IMG/VR virus record: IMGVR_UViG_3300026196_000016
Span: 1 to 39,178 of that record
Length of the DNA: 39,178 nt
Direction: 5' to 3' (one strand)
Source of the DNA: a virus
Taxonomy: Duplodnaviria; Caudoviricetes
In this document: piece by piece, positions 27,373-34,176 of the stretch
Layout of the letters: each line of letters begins with the position of its first letter
Position numbering within the stretch: the stretch's first letter is position 1
The notes under the pieces: model-generated
What the model was told of the DNA's origin: nothing
Database searches by the model: none
What the model saw: only the letters and a program-made list of their open reading frames with translations
Program-made: the position numbers and the translations under genes

Positions 27373-28208
27373 TTATAGTAGACACGATTGTCTGCATGGA
27401 CGCACTCGACTTCCTGCGCGGTCTGGATAGTGACAGCATAGATTGTTGTGTGACAAGCCCGCCTTACGACAACTTGCGGGATTACAATGGCTATACATGG
27501 GATTTTGAGGGAATTGCACAGGAGCTGTACCGGGTGATTAAACCCGGTGGTGTGGTGGTGTGGGTAGTCGATGATGCAATGTCTGACAATGGCAAGGGCT
27601 TAAATAGCCATAAGCAATTAATCTATTTTAATGAGGTTGTCGGTTTCCGTAATCATCAGACGATTATCTGGCAAAAAAACTCGATACCTCAAAAACGTTC
27701 AAAGGCATATCTCGACGATTTTGAGTATATGTTTGTTTTGAGCAAGGGTGAACCTGAGACGTTTAACGAAATCAGACGTAAAAATAAAAACTACGGGCAA
27801 AAGAAAAAACAGATGCACTACGGGAAAAAGGGGAAATCATACGGAAAAAACTTTTATACAGTCCAGCAAGATTCTATAGATTACAACGTCTGGCTTATGA
27901 TGACAGGATTCAATGGCGCAACTGACGCATTAGCCTTTGGTCATCCAGCGCTATTTCCCGAAGAATTAGCAGAACGTCATATCAGAACATGGACAAACAC
28001 CGGTGATATTGTGCTTGATCCATTTATGGGCAGTGGCACGGTTGCAAAAGTAGCCCGAAACTTAGGCCGCCATTATATCGGCTGTGACTTATCACAAGAT
28101 TATGTAGACCTTGCTAACCAGCGCTTGCAAAATAGTGACCCTTATAAAGCAACTGACTTGAACAACGGTCTTAGACAACTCAGCTTATTTGGGGATGTGA
28201 TGCCATGA
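27369..28208 (+). CDS. Orphan beta-class amino DNA methyltransferase (SPPY suggests N4-mC)
   Basis: TSPPY, HPALFPEEL and DPFMGSGT. Confidence 0.92.
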   Translation: MIIVDTIVCMDALDFLRGLDSDSIDCCVTSPPYDNLRDYNGYTWDFEGIAQELYRVIKPGGVVVWVVDDAMSDNGKGLNSHKQLIYFNEVVGFRNHQTIIWQKNSIPQKRSKAYLDDFEYMFVLSKGEPETFNEIRRKNKNYGQKKKQMHYGKKGKSYGKNFYTVQQDSIDYNVWLMMTGFNGATDALAFGHPALFPEELAERHIRTWTNTGDIVLDPFMGSGTVAKVARNLGRHYIGCDLSQDYVDLANQRLQNSDPYKATDLNNGLRQLSLFGDVMP

Positions 28209-28381
28209 TTAACCTATTGCTCATCGGCGAAGACATCACACTGATACCCTCGGCATCCCAACGCCTGAACATTCCAGACACATGCATCGGCATCATTGCC
28301 CATGTGCGGCTGGACTCAGCAGGGCAGGCCGAATATGGGGTGGATTTTGCAGGCCGGGTGCGCCAGTGGTCACAAAGATAG
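28205..28381 (+). CDS. Small hypothetical protein (58 aa)
   Basis: ATGA overlap with the MTase stop; MINLLLIGEDITL...RQWSQR; below the ORF-track cutoff. Confidence 0.45.
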   Translation: MINLLLIGEDITLIPSASQRLNIPDTCIGIIAHVRLDSAGQAEYGVDFAGRVRQWSQR

Positions 28382-28494
28382 CCGATGTGATGATGCCATT
28401 CGGGGTATCGTGCTGGATAAGGTGTGGAGGCCGAAATTGCTTTGATGATTAATTGCAACTATGCCCGAATATATGTAATGAAAGTAGGCGAGTA

Positions 28495-29691
28495 ATGACT
28501 TGGATAGATGATCGTGAAAAAAGAAAGACTACCTTTTGGGATTCGCCACAAGAACAGTATGACGACAACATAGAGCTTACTTTTGCTAGTTTGCAAGCAT
28601 ATGCAAACGGTAAAAAATTAGCTGTGACCTATAGCGGCGGGAAAGATTCAAGCGCAACCTTATCACTGGTGATTTATGCCATTGAAAGCGGAATGCTCAA
28701 ACCTGCTGACTTAATTATCTTGTACGCCGATACAGGCTTGGAATTACCACCGCTTGACATCACTGCTAGAGCTACCTTATCGGAGCTTGAACAGCGTGGC
28801 TATAAAACGCAAATAGTCCGCGCTCCGGTTGAAAATCGTCTGTATGTCAAGATGCTAGGCTATGGCTATCCCTATCCGACTAATCGGCGGCGGTGGTGTA
28901 CACGAGTTTTAAAACAAGAACCGATGGCGCAAGCTATCGAACAATTGGGCGATGACTGGGTATTGATTACAGGGGTTCGCCTAAATGAATCCGACCAACG
29001 CGACAAAATCATTACCGCGTCATGCTCCACAGGGGATGGGGAATGCGGTCAAGGCTGGTATCAGCAAAATAAAAACGCGCTTGCGCCGATTGTCCACTGG
29101 CGCGCCTGTCATGTTTTCCGATGGCTATTCAACGACGAGCGCAATAGCTTGCTTGTATTGCGCGGTATCGAAGATGTCTATAAGCTGGACGAGTTTGTCC
29201 CAAATGGTATTCGGACAGGTTGCATCCAATGTCAGGTAGTCCACGAAGACAAAAGCTTCCATTGGTTAGTTAAAAAATGTCCAGAATGGGGATGGCTAGA
29301 ACCGTTGCGTGAGTTAGACAAACTCCATGTGTGGCTAGCACAGCCTGCGCAACGCCTCATGATGGTAAAGCCAAGTCTCAAGTCTGATGGCACTTATCGC
29401 AACCGGAAAAGTGCGCCAGTCGGACCTATTCATATCGAGGCGCGGCAAGTTGGACTTGATTGGATTAAGCGCATTCAAGATGCGACCAATGAAGGTGCGC
29501 CAGATGGTTTGCATATTACGCTTGTTAGCGACGACGAAGAAGCTGTCATCAGACAAATGTGGGTGGACAATATCTATCCGCAGGGATGGACAGGTGATGA
29601 ACCACACGGTGATGAATTGCACGAAATCGTCACGGTTCAAGATGGCAATATATTGCATATTCAACAGTTATTGCCGCACATGTTTGACTAA
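28495..29691 (+). CDS. DndC-like PAPS-reductase-family (PP-loop, Fe-S) protein
   Basis: YSGGKDS, DTGLE, GYPYP...RWCT..LK.EP, GVR..ES..R and RTGCIQCQVV.EDKS; likely ATG 28495. Confidence 0.82.
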   Translation: MTWIDDREKRKTTFWDSPQEQYDDNIELTFASLQAYANGKKLAVTYSGGKDSSATLSLVIYAIESGMLKPADLIILYADTGLELPPLDITARATLSELEQRGYKTQIVRAPVENRLYVKMLGYGYPYPTNRRRWCTRVLKQEPMAQAIEQLGDDWVLITGVRLNESDQRDKIITASCSTGDGECGQGWYQQNKNALAPIVHWRACHVFRWLFNDERNSLLVLRGIEDVYKLDEFVPNGIRTGCIQCQVVHEDKSFHWLVKKCPEWGWLEPLRELDKLHVWLAQPAQRLMMVKPSLKSDGTYRNRKSAPVGPIHIEARQVGLDWIKRIQDATNEGAPDGLHITLVSDDEEAVIRQMWVDNIYPQGWTGDEPHGDELHEIVTVQDGNILHIQQLLPHMFD

Positions 29692-29757
29692 CGTAAATGA
29701 ATACATATACTGTGATTTCTATAGGCTAAAAAAGATCAGCAAGAATCAGAAAAGACC

Positions 29758-29785
29758 TGTCGAAATTATCGGCATTATGTAGATC
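29758..29785. other. dif/lox-like 28-bp site
   Basis: TGTCGAAATTA TCGGCA TTATGTAGATC. Confidence 0.68.
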
Positions 29786-29832
29786 TGTTCAATACCCCCT
29801 AAAAATTGGGGGGTTGAATTGAGATGAAATGC

Positions 29833-29861
29833 TTGACAAAGGTACGTATCTACGCTATAAT
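29833..29861 (+). promoter_or_regulatory. Perfect sigma70 consensus early promoter
   Basis: TTGACA-17-TATAAT. Confidence 0.88.
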
Positions 29862-29913
29862 ATAGATAGTTAAGCAATACAGCTTAACGAGATTAAATCA
29901 GAGGAGTAAAATC

Positions 29914-30120
29914 ATGTTAGAGGTAACCGTAACCCGCAATCAACACCAAGCAACCGTTCAGCTTCCTAATGCTGAGAAATTAACGCCAAAATCAGCCCGT
30001 AGTGCTGTTGCTATCGCTTTCGGTGGCTTTACTGGTACTGTTTTTGACAATGCTGGAAACATCTATCGTATTACAGAAAAGTCAGCCCGCAAATTGAATC
30101 CCGCTGATTTCGGATACTAA
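29914..30120 (+). CDS. Small early protein
   Basis: 68 aa with GAGGAG RBS. Confidence 0.75.
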   Translation: MLEVTVTRNQHQATVQLPNAEKLTPKSARSAVAIAFGGFTGTVFDNAGNIYRITEKSARKLNPADFGY

Positions 30121-30177
30121 AACCGAAAGCGGGGAGTGAAAGCTCCCCGCGTCTCCCTCTACGGGAGGATCAAATCA
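30103..30177 (+). repeat. 75-bp structured direct repeat, copy 1
   Basis: Identical to 30744-30818 except for an inverted 6-bp loop. Confidence 0.95.
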
Positions 30178-30189
30178 CAGGAGTTTAAA

Positions 30190-30729
30190 ATGAACACAGA
30201 CATACTGAATGAAATCAACAACATCCTACTCGAAGCCAAAGTCCAATACAACAGTGCCAAGCAAAACAAAGTTACGCTCAAGGCACAAAAAGAAATCCGT
30301 GCTCTTGGTTTGGGTTATTACTTACCTGCATGGATGATGGAAAAAGGCGCAAAGTGTGACCGCCAGATCGATGCCGTTATACGCGCCGCAAAAGAAGATG
30401 GCACACGGGTCAATCGCCAAAGGAAATCCGTATGGACACTGGACGGGGACGCCGAAGTTATCCCCGGTAGCACCTACCCAATAAGCAAGCTCTACAGCTT
30501 GCTGAATCCAGTTGTACAGACAGCAACCAATAATCAACCGTTTGAAATTTACGCAATATCGAGCGATTACAATCAAATCCCCACTGGAAAACGGGATGAG
30601 GATTTCGGCAAATTTGTTGCTGAACACGATCTTGAAGTCATGGAACGCAACAAAGTTACCGCCACCGTCCGTGCAGAATGGGGAAATGGTGAAGGATACG
30701 ACGTATACGCAGTCACATTTTTTGCATAA
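30190..30729 (+). CDS. Early hypothetical protein
   Basis: ATG 30190 after AGGAG; lies between the two 75-bp repeats. Confidence 0.75.
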   Translation: MNTDILNEINNILLEAKVQYNSAKQNKVTLKAQKEIRALGLGYYLPAWMMEKGAKCDRQIDAVIRAAKEDGTRVNRQRKSVWTLDGDAEVIPGSTYPISKLYSLLNPVVQTATNNQPFEIYAISSDYNQIPTGKRDEDFGKFVAEHDLEVMERNKVTATVRAEWGNGEGYDVYAVTFFA

Positions 30730-30743
30730 AACAAGCAAAACGA

Positions 30744-30818
30744 GCTGATTTCGGATACTAAAACCGAAAGCGGGGAGCTTTCACTCCCCGCGTCTCCCTC
30801 TACGGGAGGATCAAATCA
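30744..30818 (+). repeat. 75-bp structured direct repeat, copy 2
   Basis: See copy 1. Confidence 0.95.
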
Positions 30819-30848
30819 GAAGCCCTTTACGAGCAGGGAGTATTATAC

Positions 30849-31127
30849 ATGAAACGAACAGAATTGAAAAGCTCCGCCGCTGAGAAAGAGGCGTGGGAGA
30901 CGCAACGAAAAATAGACGGCTACCAGTCGCTGAGCGGGTGGGTACGCGACACGCTGAACGAAGCATGTCAGGATAAACCCGCCAAAACATTACCCGGCTG
31001 GGGCGATCACAACCGCACCTATAAGTGTCTGTGGTGTGGACACACTCAAAAAGGAAGTATCGAGTGCGAGCAATGCGGAGAAGAAGAATTTACAGTGGTA
31101 GAACGGTCAACGCCAGACCGCCGTTAA
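30849..31127 (+). CDS. Ribbon-helix-helix-like regulator with zinc ribbon
   Basis: EKEAWE...GYQSLSGWVRDTLN (RHH pattern) plus CLWC and CEQC. Confidence 0.6.
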   Translation: MKRTELKSSAAEKEAWETQRKIDGYQSLSGWVRDTLNEACQDKPAKTLPGWGDHNRTYKCLWCGHTQKGSIECEQCGEEEFTVVERSTPDRR

Positions 31128-31138
31128 GTGTCTGGTAA
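31113..31138 (+). repeat. 26-bp pre-RBS direct repeat (second copy 31546-31571)
   Basis: CCAGACCGCCGTTAAGTGTCTGGTAA, each copy followed by AACTAAGGAGA. Confidence 0.92.
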
Positions 31139-31156
31139 AACAACTAAGGAGATGAA

Positions 31157-31522
31157 ATGAAAGCAGAAATAGTTTTAAACAACGAACGGTGGCAACGAGG
31201 AACAGTCATATTCAACGATTCTGATGCGGATGTCACAATCCGCATTAGGAGAGATGGAGAGCCATATTTTGGTGGATCAATAAAAAAGATAAACATCACA
31301 GAATCAGAAAAAACAGACCTACATGGTCGCAAAATTTATGAAGCAAACGGTATACCGTTTGTAATATTTTCTCTGTCCGGGTCGGTGTCATCCCGGGCTA
31401 TTTTTGGCATCGACAAGCCAGAACACGACTCCGTCTTTGCGACAAAAGACGCGAAACATCTGACATACCTTGCTAGACGACACCCAGCCTTTGTCTGGTG
31501 CCGCCGTGATTTTAGGGGATAA
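31157..31522 (+). CDS. Early hypothetical protein
   Basis: 121 aa with TAAGGAG RBS. Confidence 0.72.
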   Translation: MKAEIVLNNERWQRGTVIFNDSDADVTIRIRRDGEPYFGGSIKKINITESEKTDLHGRKIYEANGIPFVIFSLSGSVSSRAIFGIDKPEHDSVFATKDAKHLTYLARRHPAFVWCRRDFRG

Positions 31523-31592
31523 AATCCCTATCTTAAAAAACCAACCCAGACCGCCGTTAAGTGTCTGGTAAGACTACAAAACTAAGGAGAAA

Positions 31593-31940
31593 TTGAGAAT
31601 GATATTATATAACGATAGTAGTTCAATCAATTTAATGAGAGAAGATTGGATGTCCTATGATGAGGAAACCGGCCAGCTCATCCGATTCCGTTCCTGGTAC
31701 TCATCGGCATGGAGCGAAACCTTAAAGACCTCCCAGCAAATTAAATCGCCAAGTCAAAAAGGCGAGTGGATTCATCTCTTGACCTATTGTCCACGCAATA
31801 TGCTCCACCATATCAAGGTGGAGCATTTCGAAGAAGCCAGACAACATCGTCCAAGAGAGCATTTTATGGCTCTATATATCTTGGGCACGCCGTTGCCTAT
31901 ACAAAAGTTGTCCGATGAATTTTTAGCCCAATGGGATTAG
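31593..31940 (+). CDS. Early hypothetical protein
   Basis: 115 aa with TAAGGAG RBS. Confidence 0.62.
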   Translation: MRMILYNDSSSINLMREDWMSYDEETGQLIRFRSWYSSAWSETLKTSQQIKSPSQKGEWIHLLTYCPRNMLHHIKVEHFEEARQHRPREHFMALYILGTPLPIQKLSDEFLAQWD

Positions 31941-32120
31941 CTTTCGCGGCGGTCTGGCGCATAAATCACCAGACCGCCCCTCGTGGCGGTATTGATTGCG
32001 GAATATCGACCCGTATATTATGTAGATAACCGCACTTGGCTTGATTGCAACAATACGCTATAATCAGCTTAACGAATTCGTAACGTAATTTCTCCACATT
32101 GAGATGATAGCTAATCCCCG

Positions 32121-32147
32121 AAGGCTGAACTCCCATCAGCCTTTTTT
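32121..32147 (+). terminator. Rho-independent terminator
   Basis: AAGGCTGA-ACTCCCA-TCAGCCTT followed by a T run. Confidence 0.75.
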
Positions 32148-32289
32148 ATTTCAATACTCCATTATTGAGCATCAACAAGCCTATCGCCGCCAGCACCGCC
32201 AGCAATACAATCAGCCGCCACGCCCACACTTTACCGCGTGGCATCGGCTCGTGGACCTGTCGCACACCATCATAAAACCACTGTTTCAT
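32146..32289 (-). CDS. 47-aa single-TM peptide
   Basis: GGAG RBS; MKQWFYDGVRQVHEPMPRGKVWAWRLIVLLAVLAAIGLLMLNNGVLK; below the ORF-track cutoff. Confidence 0.6.
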   Translation of the reverse strand: MKQWFYDGVRQVHEPMPRGKVWAWRLIVLLAVLAAIGLLMLNNGVLK

Positions 32290-32351
32290 ATTCGCTCCAA
32301 TCGGACACCCCCTCTCCCCAAGGCGAGGGGGCAGGAGGTGAGGGTAAAATA

Positions 32352-32609
32352 TTAAACGCTTGGTGATTGAGCGTCCGTTACCGGCTCATCCGGCGGGACC
32401 ACTGGAACGCCCTTAAACGCGAGAACCACATCCTCAATACCGAACAATCCCATCAGGATCGTTGTTAGCATCAAGATTTGATCCGTGTGCTGTGCCAGCT
32501 TGGTTCCCACGTCAGGAACAAACACTTGCAACAGCCCGATTACCAGTATAATCAATGTGCCTAATGCACCTGCCTTAAACCGCTTGCTTTCCTGTAGACC
32601 TTGCATCAT
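32352..32609 (-). CDS. Putative holin (two TM segments)
   Basis: SKRF followed by two hydrophobic helices and GIED; AAGGAGG RBS; follows the tail genes. Confidence 0.65.
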   Translation of the reverse strand: MMQGLQESKRFKAGALGTLIILVIGLLQVFVPDVGTKLAQHTDQILMLTTILMGLFGIEDVVLAFKGVPVVPPDEPVTDAQSPSV

Positions 32610-32618
32610 AGCCTCCTT

Positions 32619-33374
32619 TCACTTGGTATTACCCAATAAACGTAAAATTTCCGCAATCACAACCCCGATCGCTCCGCCCCCCGGAATCACCCAGGCTTTC
32701 CAGTTTTTTACCACTGACCATAAGTTATCATAAAATAACTGACGCCGTGCTTTTGCCGCTTTCGCCTGTGCCACATAATCAATAATCGCGGTGACGTTGT
32801 TTGTTAAATTATCCAGCGTCCGCGTATTGTTATTGACAGATGCCCGTGTCTCTCGTAGCTGATCCAATACCCCATTTTCCTTTGAAATCGTCAGGTTTAA
32901 CGCCTTAAAATTCGCCACCATCATCGCACGTTCTGCATCCAGTTTTGCCAACGCCTTTTCTTGATCGTTATGTCCCGCTTTTAACTCGCGGATGTCATCG
33001 GCGTTACCGATTGCCACCGTCCGTATCTCTAGCCATTGATCGAGATTCTTATTCAACACTTTCAATTGAGCATCAATTTCCTTCATCTGGCTTTCCATGC
33101 CATCAACCGCCGCGTGAACGATCTGCTTGGTAGCATCATAGTTTGGATACTCTACCAGTGCCGATTTAATCGCCTCATCAACTTCATCTTGTTTGATGTA
33201 GCCGCTTGATTTCAAGGCGTCGTCGATGGACTTCTGCGTCGCACGCTGTGATTCATCCAATTTCTGCTGGATCGACCGTTCTAGATTCTCGCGGAACTGT
33301 TTGAGACTCTCAATCGTCACCTCTACCGGCGGAGCTTGTATTTCATTCTCCATATCTTGCGTCTGCTCGGACAC
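32619..33374 (-). CDS. Coiled-coil protein with C-terminal membrane anchor
   Basis: Long heptad region ending in WVIPGGGAIGVVIAEIL; lysis-region position. Confidence 0.65.
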   Translation of the reverse strand: MSEQTQDMENEIQAPPVEVTIESLKQFRENLERSIQQKLDESQRATQKSIDDALKSSGYIKQDEVDEAIKSALVEYPNYDATKQIVHAAVDGMESQMKEIDAQLKVLNKNLDQWLEIRTVAIGNADDIRELKAGHNDQEKALAKLDAERAMMVANFKALNLTISKENGVLDQLRETRASVNNNTRTLDNLTNNVTAIIDYVAQAKAAKARRQLFYDNLWSVVKNWKAWVIPGGGAIGVVIAEILRLLGNTK

Positions 33375-33448
33375 GTCTATAATTCCTTAATGATTGCGTA
33401 TGATTATCATACCATTATCCGCATAGCCTCATCTATATAACGAATTCC

Positions 33449-33476
33449 CCTCTATATAAAGTTCCTTATGTAGACA
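33449..33476. other. dif/lox-like 28-bp site
   Basis: CCTCTATATAA AGTTCC TTATGTAGACA. Confidence 0.75.
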
Positions 33477-33519
33477 AAAACAAAACACCCCCGATTGTGA
33501 CTACGGGGGCGTTTGCTCT
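33476..33519 (-). terminator. Rho-independent terminator
   Basis: Minus strand AAACGCCCCCG-loop-CGGGGGTGTTT followed by TGTTTTT. Confidence 0.7.
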
Positions 33520-33601
33520 CTTGGGGGCAAGAGAAGTAATTAGGGAAGTGGGAATGTTATGGATCACCTTAAGCATATGCGCCACCCTCATATATAACGA
33601 A

Positions 33602-34168
33602 TCAAGACGGGATTTTGAACAATAGGACCGTGAGATAGACCTCATCACCACCATCACCGGTATTCACGCCCTGCCCATCGCCGATGTTCAATGTTGTCGC
33701 ATAATGTTGAATCTGATACGCATCAGTCCCGTTTGCTGTGATGATATACGCCAGAAATGCCGGCGTTCCGGCGTTTGCGGTAATATTTGCCGTTGCGTTC
33801 TGCCCGTGTGCCACCTCCGATCCCTGTGTAACGTTATACAGCAACAGCTTATGATGTCCAATGTCCACACCCGGCGCATACGCCAACACCAGATAAGTTC
33901 CCGCTGTCGGAGTAAAGCGATTCCCTGCGACCGCGACAATACCGGCGGCGTCATCTTCTGTATTCAGCGTGGCATTATTCCATGTATTACTTGCGGTCCC
34001 GCCGTCTGTAGTGGTCAATTCCGTGTCGGTTACTACCGCCGCCGCTAGATCACTGACGGAACCTGACGCCGTATTAATCGCGTCCTCGATGGCTTTCATC
34101 GGCGTATTAGCGACCTGTACAGTAATCGCGCCATCAGTCGCTATGGCATCGTGATAGGTTGTACTCAC
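33602..34168 (-). CDS. Tail fibre / receptor-binding-like protein (one copy of the shared domain)
   Basis: Shares the NRFTPTAGTYLV...ITANGTD.YQI.HY domain with the upstream gene. Confidence 0.65.
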   Translation of the reverse strand: MSTTYHDAIATDGAITVQVANTPMKAIEDAINTASGSVSDLAAAVVTDTELTTTDGGTASNTWNNATLNTEDDAAGIVAVAGNRFTPTAGTYLVLAYAPGVDIGHHKLLLYNVTQGSEVAHGQNATANITANAGTPAFLAYIITANGTDAYQIQHYATTLNIGDGQGVNTGDGGDEVYLTVLLFKIPS

Positions 34169-34176
34169 ATCGCCTC

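Noticed and set aside
28083-28110. TTATGTAGACC arm inside the methyltransferase gene
   Set aside because: The partner arm is poor and the sequence encodes conserved DYVD residues; not counted as a site.
30103-30156. Hammerhead ribozyme (CUGA...GAAA...GUC)
   Set aside because: The core reads CUGAUUU rather than CUGANGA, the pair next to A15.1-U16.1 is missing, and stem I does not form.
29914-31990. Classical integron (attC) array
   Set aside because: The repeats lack GTTRRRY/RYYYAAC ends, and I could not identify the IntI-specific insertion in either recombinase by eye.
32001-32028. Full dif-like site
   Set aside because: Only the right arm (TTATGTAGATA) matches; recorded as a half site.
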